Below are positions 10,482-19,552 of a DNA stretch of 64,000 nt, one piece after another. Origin of the DNA: a virus (Duplodnaviria; Caudoviricetes); IMG/VR virus record IMGVR_UViG_3300005805_000068, positions 16,627 to 80,626 of that record, one strand, 5' to 3'. The position numbers and the translations under genes are program-made. The notes beneath the pieces were generated by a model. The model saw only the letters and a list, made by a program, of their open reading frames with translations, searched no databases and was not told where the DNA came from. Each line of letters starts with the position of its first letter. The stretch's first letter is position 1.

Positions 10482-11057
10482 ATGACCATACAAACAATCA
10501 ATATAGGTAATTTAGTCAACGACGGGCTAGGTGATGATCTACGCACCGCGTTCCAAAAGGTAAATGCTAATTTTAGCAGTCTTGCTGCGGAATTAACCGT
10601 AACAGTAGGTACTCCAACAGCTAGTGGTGTTAATATCTTTAAGGAAAAAATTGGGTCTGAATTAATTTTTAAATCACTAGTATCTGGTACTAAGATGCAG
10701 ATTGCAGACGCTGGTGACAGCGTTGTATTCAACAATCTATCTCCAGATGCCTTTACTAGATTTGATACTGATGCTGGAGTATTATTAGCCAGTATCAATC
10801 AAGAAATATCTTTACAAGGTATTGCAGCACCCGGATCTACTTCAAGTAGACCAGATATAGAAGTTACAGCGATAGGACAATTTTTAAATTTTAAAACGAT
10901 ATTACCTGTTAGTGATATTTTAGAAACAGCAGACTTTGGTCCTATCAACGGAGCATTTACAAACGCAGTACAATTTAATACAGCGACATCCAATGTAGAT
11001 TTTGGCACTGTTCTTTTACCTGGACGAATTGATCTAGACCTAGGTCCAATTGTCTAA
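10482..11057 (+). CDS. Baseplate/tail protein with gp9/gp10-like N-terminal motif
   Basis: INIGNLVNDGLGDDLRTAFQKVNANFSSL, paralogous to the N-terminus of 3317..5641. Confidence 0.65.
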   Translation: MTIQTINIGNLVNDGLGDDLRTAFQKVNANFSSLAAELTVTVGTPTASGVNIFKEKIGSELIFKSLVSGTKMQIADAGDSVVFNNLSPDAFTRFDTDAGVLLASINQEISLQGIAAPGSTSSRPDIEVTAIGQFLNFKTILPVSDILETADFGPINGAFTNAVQFNTATSNVDFGTVLLPGRIDLDLGPIV

Positions 11058-11078
11058 CGCATCTAAGGATCTATATAG

Positions 11079-13826
11079 ATGATCACATGGCAAACACCTG
11101 CAGGAAACTTAGGGGTTATCACTGAACGTGTGATACAAGAAATTCCTTTATCAGCTACTTCGACTGTAGGCGTCGTTACATATTCTGTTATTGCTGGAAA
11201 TCTTCCTCGAGGGTTACGTCTTTCAGGTAATCATATTTTAGGTAGTCCGTCAGAAGTTAAGAGATATACAGAAAGTAGATTTGTTGTCAGAGCCAGTGAT
11301 GGTGTCGATCTTGAAGATAGAACTTTTAGCCTATCGGTTGATGGATCAGATATTCCTTATTGGTTAACTAACGAAGGCTTTTTAAAAGTTGGTGAAGGTG
11401 AAGCGTATTTTATATTAGACAATAGTTTTGTCAGTTTTCAACTCGATGCTTCTGATACAGATCTTACTGCCGGCGACAGTCTAACATTTTATCTAACTCC
11501 TAATGCTGGAGAACTACCTCCTGGTCTGTCATTAAGTAAAACTGGTCTCATTTCTGGATTTACCGATCCTGTATTTGCTTTGGAATACACTGGATTTCCT
11601 AGCGGAGGATACGACACTGGTCCGTTAGATGTAACTCCTTTAGATTATGTTGAGGCAAGATCTAATGGGTTTGATACATTCTTCTATGACAATGTTACCT
11701 ACGATTACAATGAGCCTAGTCAAGTGCCAAGAAGATTAAGTAGAATCTATAACTTCGTGGTATCGGTAACTGATGGGGTTAATGTAGTCAACAGATTATT
11801 TAAGATATTTGTAGTCACAGAAGAATTCTTACAATCTGACAATAGTATCATACAAGTTGATACAAATTTATTCCAAGCCGACAGCGGAAGTGGTCGTAAA
11901 CCACTGTGGATTACAGAAAGCAATCTTGGACGTTTTCGTGCTAATAATTATGTGACTATCTTTTTAGATGTATATGATCCACCTACATTAAGTGGAACTA
12001 TCACATATTTCTTATTACCTACCAATCCTGATGGAGGTGTGAGTGCATTACCACCAGGTATGACCTTGGATAGTATCACTGGCGAAATTTCCGGTAAAGT
12101 TCCTTATCAAGCAGCCATAACGAAAACATACTCATTTACAATGATGGCTGTAAACTTTCCAGCTACACTTTCATATTCTACATATACACTCAAAGGTAAC
12201 TGGAACTCTTTTACAGTCTACGCAGTAAATGACGCTGTAAGATATCAAGGATTTGTATATACCTGTACACAGACTCATAAGAATAAAACTCCAGAAGATG
12301 GAAGTGATTATTGGTTCAAAGGAGTATCAACTGCTGATAAAACATTTACAGTTGATATCATTGGCGAGATTGAAAGTTCTATAGAATGGATTACTCCTAG
12401 CAATAGAGGAACCATCAAACCTAATCAACCTAGCCAGATATATGTCGAAGCCAAGAGTCTGCTTTACGGAGGATCAGTATCTTATGAATGGGTCAGCGGA
12501 AGAATACCACCAGGATTAAAATTTTTATCCACTGGGGACATTGAAGGTAAAGTAAAACAGTTCGCCGATGATATTATTACCTCAGCATCCAAAGGTACTT
12601 GGAATGATGAAACTTCTTATCTAACTAACGATACTATTTTTTACAACGGATTTTATTATCGTTGTATTAAATCAAACACAAACAAACTTCCATTCGATAC
12701 AGAATATTGGGACGGTCCGGGATTAACACGTTTCTTCGATAGAGATTCTAGTTTAATAGATTCAACAGGATCAAGAACATTTAATACCACGTTTGATGGA
12801 AGTACTACTAGTTTCGATAAAACATTTACGTTTGTAATTAAAGCTAGAGATTCTGCCAATGTTGCAGAATCGCTAAGAACCTTTAGTATCACGGTAATAG
12901 CAGATGGAACTAAAACATTTGCTAATATGTTTGTTAGAGCATTACAAAGCAAAGATAAGAGATTAAATTGGTACAATTTCATTACAGATTCTACTATATT
13001 CAATGCTGATGATATCTATAGATATGGTGATGAAAATTTTGGTATACAGACTGATTTAAAAATGCTAATGTTTGCCGGTATTGAAAGTGTAGAAGCTGTT
13101 ACTTATGTACAGGCCATGAGTCGTAATCATTATCGCAAGAGATTGTTATTCGGTGATTTAAAAGTAGCCAAGGCTAAAGATCCAGAAACACAAGAAACTA
13201 TATACGAAGTTATCTACGTCGACGTTATTGATGATCTTGAAAAGAACGGCAAAAGCATCAGTGCTACCGTACAGCTAGCTGATTATATTAATAGCAAGGT
13301 CATCGTTAGTTATGATGCTATTAAAGTAGACAGTGATATTCCTTTTGTCAGTGACGCTGATCATCAAAGAATATTTCCAAACAGCATAAAAAATATGCGT
13401 AAACGTATTAAAAATATAGGTGAAAGAGATCGTGAATTCCTTCCATTATGGATGCGTAGTATTCAAGATACTTCTAATTATGAATTGGGGTTTACCAGAG
13501 CATTGGTATTGTGTTATGCTAAACCAGGACGCTCTGCAGATATCGTAGCAAAAATAAAAGGAAAGACCACATTTGCTTCTAGAGGTTATTGGTCAAATGT
13601 CATTAATTATACCGTTAACGACTCTGTAGAATATAATGGACAATATTTTACCTGTATACAAAACAATAGAAACATAATACCTGATAAAAATACTGATTAT
13701 TGGGTTAAAAACTTTAACTTTAAAGATATCGATTTCACAGCAGACCGTTATCTAATTGACATCATAGACGGGCAAATAGAGGATAAATACCTTGCATTCC
13801 CGCAACGTGGAGAAAAATTACCGTGA
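11079..13826 (+). CDS. Baseplate wedge-like protein with Ig-like repeats and three CBM5/12-like inserts
   Basis: Ig-type LPPG(L/M)(S/T)L...G.ISG repeats and three W-x(5)-Y-x(3)-D-x-(V/I)-x-Y-x-G-x(2)-(Y/F)-x-C...YW modules. Confidence 0.65.
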   Translation: MITWQTPAGNLGVITERVIQEIPLSATSTVGVVTYSVIAGNLPRGLRLSGNHILGSPSEVKRYTESRFVVRASDGVDLEDRTFSLSVDGSDIPYWLTNEGFLKVGEGEAYFILDNSFVSFQLDASDTDLTAGDSLTFYLTPNAGELPPGLSLSKTGLISGFTDPVFALEYTGFPSGGYDTGPLDVTPLDYVEARSNGFDTFFYDNVTYDYNEPSQVPRRLSRIYNFVVSVTDGVNVVNRLFKIFVVTEEFLQSDNSIIQVDTNLFQADSGSGRKPLWITESNLGRFRANNYVTIFLDVYDPPTLSGTITYFLLPTNPDGGVSALPPGMTLDSITGEISGKVPYQAAITKTYSFTMMAVNFPATLSYSTYTLKGNWNSFTVYAVNDAVRYQGFVYTCTQTHKNKTPEDGSDYWFKGVSTADKTFTVDIIGEIESSIEWITPSNRGTIKPNQPSQIYVEAKSLLYGGSVSYEWVSGRIPPGLKFLSTGDIEGKVKQFADDIITSASKGTWNDETSYLTNDTIFYNGFYYRCIKSNTNKLPFDTEYWDGPGLTRFFDRDSSLIDSTGSRTFNTTFDGSTTSFDKTFTFVIKARDSANVAESLRTFSITVIADGTKTFANMFVRALQSKDKRLNWYNFITDSTIFNADDIYRYGDENFGIQTDLKMLMFAGIESVEAVTYVQAMSRNHYRKRLLFGDLKVAKAKDPETQETIYEVIYVDVIDDLEKNGKSISATVQLADYINSKVIVSYDAIKVDSDIPFVSDADHQRIFPNSIKNMRKRIKNIGERDREFLPLWMRSIQDTSNYELGFTRALVLCYAKPGRSADIVAKIKGKTTFASRGYWSNVINYTVNDSVEYNGQYFTCIQNNRNIIPDKNTDYWVKNFNFKDIDFTADRYLIDIIDGQIEDKYLAFPQRGEKLP

Positions 13827-14413
13827 GCAATATAAATTACCTAAGTATTAATGAAAACTTCCCTGTAGCAGGGCAAGATAACGATACACAGACATTTAGA
13901 GATAACTTTGATACTATTAAAACTTCATTAAGAGTAGCCCAAAGTGAAGTAACTGCTTTAGAAAATAATGCAGCCAAATTAAATGAAACCAATGATTTTG
14001 GACTAAACATTGTCGAAAATGCTGTTTTACAAAGAGTCAGAGAACAAAAATTTCCTTTAGAAGGAAGTGGTGATGAATATACCGGTGGTTCAGGAATTGA
14101 TTGGTTAAATGGATCATATCAGATTTGGAGATTCAGCGGCAACTCTACAGTATCTTTTGAAAATCTACCAGGTGATCCTGCATACGCATCTGAAGTTGTT
14201 CCTGTAGGAGTAGGTAAACTTACATTAGAATTATATAGTACTGGTGGTTCATTTACCATTACATTTACAACATCAGCGGGTACAGTTATCAAAAAAGATC
14301 CAAGTTTCCCAACAACATTTACAGTATCATCATCAACTAATCCTATATTCATTGAAGTTTGGCGTCATAATACAGACACTATCTTCATGCGCTATTTGGG
14401 GCAATTTGCATAA
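13823..14413 (+). CDS. Virion structural protein (baseplate-associated)
   Basis: GTG start overlapping the upstream stop. N-terminus FPVAGQDNDTQTFRDNFDTIK is typical of such structural genes. Confidence 0.5.
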   Translation: MSNINYLSINENFPVAGQDNDTQTFRDNFDTIKTSLRVAQSEVTALENNAAKLNETNDFGLNIVENAVLQRVREQKFPLEGSGDEYTGGSGIDWLNGSYQIWRFSGNSTVSFENLPGDPAYASEVVPVGVGKLTLELYSTGGSFTITFTTSAGTVIKKDPSFPTTFTVSSSTNPIFIEVWRHNTDTIFMRYLGQFA

Positions 14414-14646
14414 TGTTTCACCCTTTCGAAGGTGATATTACTCAACTCAAAGATTCCGAAGTGGAAGAAAAGCTGTTTGAATTGAATAAAAAATACTTCG
14501 CAGCCTACCGTTTAGGTAAACCAGAACTGTTGACACAGCTCGCAACTTTTGTTACAATATATAAAGACGAATTAAATCGTAGAAATTCGTTACGTATGAA
14601 AGGACAATTAGATGGCGATTTGGATCAACTAATCAATGTGGAATAA
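14413..14646 (+). CDS. Hypothetical protein
   Basis: 77 aa ORF with TAATG coupling. Confidence 0.6.
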   Translation: MFHPFEGDITQLKDSEVEEKLFELNKKYFAAYRLGKPELLTQLATFVTIYKDELNRRNSLRMKGQLDGDLDQLINVE

Positions 14647-15100
14647 CACAGAACAAGAATTAATTGAAGGAATTTTAAAATATGGTCCAGACATTTTGGA
14701 TCATTGTCAAACTTCTGACGATCTTAAACTTTATCTTGATAGAATAGATCAAGAAAGATTGGATTATCCTCGTCCAACTGATCATATCGATACAACAGAA
14801 TGGTTCTTACCAAAAGAATATCAAGACTTAGATATTGAGAAATATTGTTTAGATCTTTGCCAAAATGATGATGAATATGCCAGAGTAGCATTAGAATTAG
14901 AGCTATTTCGTAAACACAACATGACAGTAATACTTAAATGTATGAAATATGTTGTTGATACTCTTAGAAAAAATAATGTAGTTTGGGGTGTGGGTCGTGG
15001 ATCCAGTGTGGCCAGTTATGTGCTTCACTTAATTGGGGTCCATAAGATCAACAGTATTAAATACAATTTACCAATAGAAGAATTCTTCAAGGAGGCATAA
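14636..15100 (+). CDS. Stand-alone DNA polymerase III alpha (DnaE)-like fragment
   Basis: RVALELELF...YVVD..RKNNVVWGVGRGSSVASYVLHLIGVHKINSIKYNL..EEF matches the DnaE GRGS region. The ORF ends before the PDIDxD catalytic motif. Confidence 0.75.
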   Translation: MWNNTEQELIEGILKYGPDILDHCQTSDDLKLYLDRIDQERLDYPRPTDHIDTTEWFLPKEYQDLDIEKYCLDLCQNDDEYARVALELELFRKHNMTVILKCMKYVVDTLRKNNVVWGVGRGSSVASYVLHLIGVHKINSIKYNLPIEEFFKEA

Positions 15101-15201
15101 TGTCTAAACGTAGAAGTCCATCAAGTATTGCCAGCAGAAATGCTAAAAGAATTTTGGAAGGTCGAAAACCTTCAAAAACAAGAATTAAAAGGAGAAAATA
15201 A
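15100..15201 (+). CDS. 33-aa highly basic peptide (not in ORF track)
   Basis: MSKRRSPSSIASRNAKRILEGRKPSKTRIKRRK. GGAGG SD at 15091 and TAATG overlaps at both ends. Confidence 0.65.
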   Translation: MSKRRSPSSIASRNAKRILEGRKPSKTRIKRRK

Positions 15202-15428
15202 TGGGTAAAGTATATACCAGTGTGCGTGGTAAGGAAATTGATTTAGAAAAATTAGCTCTAAAACACGAAACAGAGCCAGCTGTAGGTAATGCTAAATTGA
15301 ATGCTCGAGGTGACGAAATTGGGCCAGGTGGTAAAATTATTCGCACACGTGAACAGATTTTGCAAGACTATTATGCGGCTAATCCACGTGCAATTCGAGA
15401 AGAAGTTCCAACACGTAAGAAAGGTTAA
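15201..15428 (+). CDS. Hypothetical protein
   Basis: 75 aa with GGAG SD, directly upstream of the GroES-like gene. Confidence 0.65.
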   Translation: MGKVYTSVRGKEIDLEKLALKHETEPAVGNAKLNARGDEIGPGGKIIRTREQILQDYYAANPRAIREEVPTRKKG

Positions 15429-15431
15429 TCA

Positions 15432-15827
15432 ATGTCTTTAGATCCAATTAAGTGTCAACTTCGTGCTATCAAAGAAGATGTCCTTGCCCATAATATGGAC
15501 ATGGGAGATCAAGTTACCAGTGCCGGCATCGTGATTCAAAGTGATAATGGTAAAGCACACGGTGTTAAACCTCGCTGGTGTCAGGTATACAAAGTCGGAC
15601 CAGAACAGAAAAAATTTAAACCAGGTCAATGGATACTCGTTGAACACGGTCGTTGGACTCGAAAAATCGATATCGACGACGGGGAAAGCATCAAAGAAGT
15701 TCAAAAAGTAGAAACTAAATCCATTATTATTGTTTCAGACGAAAAACCTAATGACTTCTATATCGGACAAGAATATAGTCACGGTGCTGGTCTAGATATC
15801 AAACCAGAAGATTTCATGAAAAAATAA
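15432..15827 (+). CDS. groES: GroES/gp31-like co-chaperonin
   Basis: LRAIKEDVL...TSAGIVI...VYKVGP...KPGQWILVE resembles the Cpn10 pattern. Confidence 0.7.
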   Translation: MSLDPIKCQLRAIKEDVLAHNMDMGDQVTSAGIVIQSDNGKAHGVKPRWCQVYKVGPEQKKFKPGQWILVEHGRWTRKIDIDDGESIKEVQKVETKSIIIVSDEKPNDFYIGQEYSHGAGLDIKPEDFMKK

Positions 15828-16054
15828 TGTCAAGTAAATTTGACAATATAATAAAGGAGATCCATAATATTTCTAGGGAATGCAATAATCCCTATAATGA
15901 TGGAATTTCCTCTTTCGAATTCAAGAAAGATCTATATCAAATTAAATTTGTTGTAGATCACGCTCTTGAAAGCTGTCCAATTTTTCAAAATGAAAAAGAA
16001 TGGTTGGACAATCAATCCAAGAAACGTGTAATAGACATACTCAGGTCATCTTAA
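15827..16054 (+). CDS. Hypothetical protein
   Basis: 75 aa ORF with TAATG coupling. Confidence 0.55.
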   Translation: MSSKFDNIIKEIHNISRECNNPYNDGISSFEFKKDLYQIKFVVDHALESCPIFQNEKEWLDNQSKKRVIDILRSS

Positions 16055-16089
16055 ATTACACTACTCACACAGAAATAAAGGAGTAAGAA

Positions 16090-16446
16090 ATGACAAATCC
16101 ATTCCGTGATCAAGAGAATTTTATGCGTGCCTGCGATCAAAGTGTAGGCGAGCCTAATCAAAATCAATTTCTCTTATATAGGAATCTGATCGAGGAAGAA
16201 TATAAGGAACTTCAATTTGCTCGCGATAGGGTTGAAGAACTTGATGCTTTGATAGATATCTTAGTCGTAACGATCGGCGCGATCCATAGTATGGGGGCTG
16301 ATGCGGAAGGTGCTTGGAAAGAAGTTATGGCTACTAATTTTGCCAAGGTTGATAAAGACACAGGAAAAGTTCGCAAGCGTGAAGATGGAAAAGTTTTAAA
16401 ACCTATAGGGTGGACGCCACCTAATTTAAAACCTTTTATTAAATGA
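16090..16446 (+). CDS. MazG-like all-alpha NTP pyrophosphohydrolase
   Basis: LIEEEYKEL...ELDALIDILVV...EV..TNFAK...REDGKVLKP..W.PP pattern. Confidence 0.8.
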   Translation: MTNPFRDQENFMRACDQSVGEPNQNQFLLYRNLIEEEYKELQFARDRVEELDALIDILVVTIGAIHSMGADAEGAWKEVMATNFAKVDKDTGKVRKREDGKVLKPIGWTPPNLKPFIK

Positions 16447-17246
16447 TAAGATTATTATTCTTAGTGCTGTTATTAACAGCGTCAACTTTATGTTATGCTC
16501 ACTCTAGCATAGTCTACAATTATACAGATAATGTTCTAGAGTACGAAGAAGATATGGACAAACCAAGACCAATCGCATCGTTAACAAAGTTAATGACAGC
16601 ACTATTAATAGTTGAATCGAATCTTGACCTTGCTAAAGAAGTAAAATATAAAGGCGGTATTTGGCAAACACGCATGGTATCAAGACAAGAGTTATTAGAT
16701 TCTTTATTGATACGCAGCGACAATGCAGCGGCTGATGCATTAGCTGATAGTTGGCCAGGTGGGCGTACTTACTTTATTAAAGAAATGAATTTTCGTGCAG
16801 AACAATTAGGCATGACTAAAACTAAATTTTTTGATCCGCACGGATTAGACAAAAGAAATATCAGTTGTGCCAAAGACCTTGCCAGATTAATTGTTGAAGA
16901 TAGTAAACACAAATTAATTGCAAATACCTCAACAAACAAATACCTAATGATCGAACGTAAGAATAAGAAAAAAATCTCTTATGTGTCTATTGGAAACACC
17001 AATAAGAATCTATTATTTGAATTTGACGAAATTATTTTATCCAAAACAGGTTGGACTAACCCAGCGGGTAGATGTCTTGCTTTGATGGTTCAAAAAGGCG
17101 ATAAAAAATATGTTATCGTTATTTTGGGCGAATCAACTCCTAAAGATCGTGAAGAAAAAGCTAGACAACTTATATTCAACTATGCTATAATGAATGAAAC
17201 AGAAAAGGATAGACATGAAAATAGGTTTCACTTGTTCCACTTTTGA
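16443..17246 (+). CDS. Peptidase S11 D-Ala-D-Ala carboxy/endopeptidase (low-MW penicillin-binding protein) with signal peptide
   Basis: SxxK (IASLTKLMT), SxN (RSDN), KTG (SKTGWT) and FFDPHGL motifs. Hydrophobic N-terminus. Confidence 0.9.
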   Translation: MIRLLFLVLLLTASTLCYAHSSIVYNYTDNVLEYEEDMDKPRPIASLTKLMTALLIVESNLDLAKEVKYKGGIWQTRMVSRQELLDSLLIRSDNAAADALADSWPGGRTYFIKEMNFRAEQLGMTKTKFFDPHGLDKRNISCAKDLARLIVEDSKHKLIANTSTNKYLMIERKNKKKISYVSIGNTNKNLLFEFDEIILSKTGWTNPAGRCLALMVQKGDKKYVIVILGESTPKDREEKARQLIFNYAIMNETEKDRHENRFHLFHF

Positions 17247-17655
17247 TTTGTTTCACGCTGGGCACATTATGATGCTCAAAGAAGCCAAGAAACAATGTGA
17301 TTATTTAATTGTAGGATTACAAACAGATCCTACTATCGATCGACCAAAAAAAAATAAACCTGTGCAAGGTGTTTTTGAACGATACGTACAACTACAGGCT
17401 TGTAAGTATGTTGATGAGGTTGTTCCTTATGCCACAGAAAAAGAACTGTTAGACATATTGCTTTCTTATCCTATTAATGTTAGAATAGTAGGACAAGAGT
17501 ATGAGCACACAGACTTCACAGGACGCGATGAATGCCGATCACACGATATTGAAATCTATTACAATCGTCGTGAACACAGTTTTTCAACCTCAGAATTACG
17601 ACAACGAGTAGTTGCCGCTGAAATTAACAAAGGAATTAGAAATGAGTCAAAATAA
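17215..17655 (+). CDS. Cytidylyltransferase (TagD/glycerol-3-phosphate type)
   Basis: FDLFHAGH (HxGH), LIVGLQTD and RxxSFSTSELR motifs. Likely start is ATG 17215. Confidence 0.85.
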   Translation: MKIGFTCSTFDLFHAGHIMMLKEAKKQCDYLIVGLQTDPTIDRPKKNKPVQGVFERYVQLQACKYVDEVVPYATEKELLDILLSYPINVRIVGQEYEHTDFTGRDECRSHDIEIYYNRREHSFSTSELRQRVVAAEINKGIRNESK

Positions 17656-17899
17656 TGAAAACATCGAAGTAATGAAAGATATTCGAAATAGGCTAGATGC
17701 TGTTCTTAACAAAGAAGAATTTAACGGAACAAAATCTAAAGAAAAGCATCCTGATGCACTTTGGCATTTACGTATTAGCATGGCAAAAAGTCTAGTTAGA
17801 ATAGTTGCAGGTGGAGTATTATGCACAGGTGAATTATTTCTAGCAGGTAGTTTACTGATTCTAGCAGAAGTATTAGGCATAGTAGAAGAATTGGTATGA
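17642..17899 (+). CDS. Hypothetical membrane protein
   Basis: Hydrophobic C-terminus. Start taken at ATG 17642. Confidence 0.55.
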   Translation: MSQNNENIEVMKDIRNRLDAVLNKEEFNGTKSKEKHPDALWHLRISMAKSLVRIVAGGVLCTGELFLAGSLLILAEVLGIVEELV

Positions 17900-18048
17900 C
17901 AACCCCGTTGCCACAAGATGAACCGTGGGATTACAAATGTAACCTTTGTAATTGGAAGGGTACTATAGATGAATGTGATATACAAGACGAAGGTGATGTC
18001 TGCTGTCCTGTATGTGGTGATAACGAACTTGAAATGAGGTCTGAATGA
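17896..18048 (+). CDS. 50-aa zinc-ribbon-like protein (not in ORF track)
   Basis: MTTPLPQDEPWDYKCNLCNWKG...CCPVCGDNELEMRSE, with CxxC...CPxC. ATGA overlaps at both ends. Confidence 0.6.
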   Translation: MTTPLPQDEPWDYKCNLCNWKGTIDECDIQDEGDVCCPVCGDNELEMRSE

Positions 18049-18206
18049 ATATTATAGAACTTGCGGGAGCAGTAACCACGTTACATAATATAGCACGAAT
18101 AGTTGAATCTCAGCTAGGTGTGGGTGATATTAGTAAGTCTATTAGAAAATCTGCAGATGATCTGAGCGACATCGTTAAACAAGAAAAAAGAAAGGCTGAA
18201 GAATGA
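18045..18206 (+). CDS. 53-aa hypothetical protein (not in ORF track)
   Basis: MNIIELAGAVTTLHNIARIVESQLG...KAEE. Fills the gap with ATGA overlaps at both ends. Confidence 0.55.
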   Translation: MNIIELAGAVTTLHNIARIVESQLGVGDISKSIRKSADDLSDIVKQEKRKAEE

Positions 18207-19117
18207 AAGAATTGTGGGTAGAAAAATATCGTCCTAAAACACTAGATGGGTATGTATTCCGCGACGACCATCAAAAGAAACAAATCCAAACTTGGGTCAA
18301 GGACAAATCTATTCCGCATCTTTTGTTTAGTGGTAGTGCTGGTATTGGCAAAACTACTATGGCTAAAATTCTTGTAAACGAGTTAGGCATTGAAGAATAT
18401 GATGTATTAGAAATTAACGCATCACGTACAAACTCCGTCGAAGACGTTCGTGATAAGATCACTAACTTTGTACAGATGATGCCGTTCGGTCCGTTTAAAG
18501 TAGTATTACTCGACGAGGCCGATTACTTGTCACCAAACGCACAGGCAGCATTGCGTGGTGTTATGGAAGAATATCATCAGACAGCACGTTTTATTTTAAC
18601 TTGTAACTATCCCAATCGTATTATTCCAGCGTTACATAGTAGATGTCAAGGATTCCATATTGAACGTGTAGACCAAACAGAGTTTATTGCTCGTGTGGCA
18701 ACTATCTTAGTCGAAGAAAATGTTGAATTTGATCTTGACACACTAGACAACTATGTTAAGGTTACATATCCAGACTTGCGTAAATGTATCAATCTTGTAC
18801 AACAAAATGTAGCAGATAGTAAGTTAGTTGGTGCTAACGATGCCGATGCCGGCGAGCAAGAATGGAAGTTTGATATGGTTGAACTGTTCAAAGCAGGTAA
18901 GATCAACGAAGCACGCAAAATGCTTTGTGGTAAATTACGTGCTGAAGAAATGGAAGAAGTGTATCGTTGGTTATATGACAACCTTGCTATCTTTGGCGAT
19001 GAAGCAAAACAAAATTCAGCAATCTTAATTATTAAACAAGGTCTTGTTGATCATACCTTAATCGTAGACCCAGAAGTTAACTTAGCAGCCACATTAGTTA
19101 AACTAGCAAGGCTCTAA
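18203..19117 (+). CDS. Clamp loader AAA+ subunit (RFC small subunit / T4 gp44-like)
   Basis: WVEKYRP, Walker A GSAGIGKTT, LEINAS, Walker B LLDEAD, SRC motif. Confidence 0.92.
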   Translation: MKELWVEKYRPKTLDGYVFRDDHQKKQIQTWVKDKSIPHLLFSGSAGIGKTTMAKILVNELGIEEYDVLEINASRTNSVEDVRDKITNFVQMMPFGPFKVVLLDEADYLSPNAQAALRGVMEEYHQTARFILTCNYPNRIIPALHSRCQGFHIERVDQTEFIARVATILVEENVEFDLDTLDNYVKVTYPDLRKCINLVQQNVADSKLVGANDADAGEQEWKFDMVELFKAGKINEARKMLCGKLRAEEMEEVYRWLYDNLAIFGDEAKQNSAILIIKQGLVDHTLIVDPEVNLAATLVKLARL

Positions 19118-19552
19118 GTGAAATTCAAACCAGAAGATCCTGCCAGAAGAAATAGTTTAACCTATCCAATGGATGTAGGTTCACCTAAATTTGAACTGGT
19201 TCCGGTCAAAAAACAAAAAGATGTAATGCTCAATGTAGCAAGACTACATGCCAAACAAGAATACAACAGGATAATGGAACTTGTCGGTGTATTGCAAAAA
19301 CAAGCAGAAGACATACAACAAAGATTAGATTTAACTGATCAAGTACACGGTGCTGTATACGATTTTCAAATAGCTCACGGCAACATCTATTGGTTATTGT
19401 ATGATACTGAAAAAAAATGTACTAGATTATGTCTACAAGGTCCTGAGGACTGGACCACAGGTAAACCTCAACACTATGAATATATTACTCGTGTAAAATG
19501 GTTAGGTGATTACACCTGGATCGAAGTTAGTGATACTGGAGAATCTTCATGA
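19118..19552 (+). CDS. Hypothetical protein (DUF2452-like, from recall)
   Basis: GTG start. Y.F....G.IY.LY...L....P..W...Y...V..LGD.TW pattern. Confidence 0.55.
   Translation: MKFKPEDPARRNSLTYPMDVGSPKFELVPVKKQKDVMLNVARLHAKQEYNRIMELVGVLQKQAEDIQQRLDLTDQVHGAVYDFQIAHGNIYWLLYDTEKKCTRLCLQGPEDWTTGKPQHYEYITRVKWLGDYTWIEVSDTGESS

Noticed and set aside
1-13826. Diversity-generating retroelement acting on tail fibres
   Set aside because: No reverse transcriptase is present. The internal repeats differ at synonymous positions of all bases rather than only at adenines.
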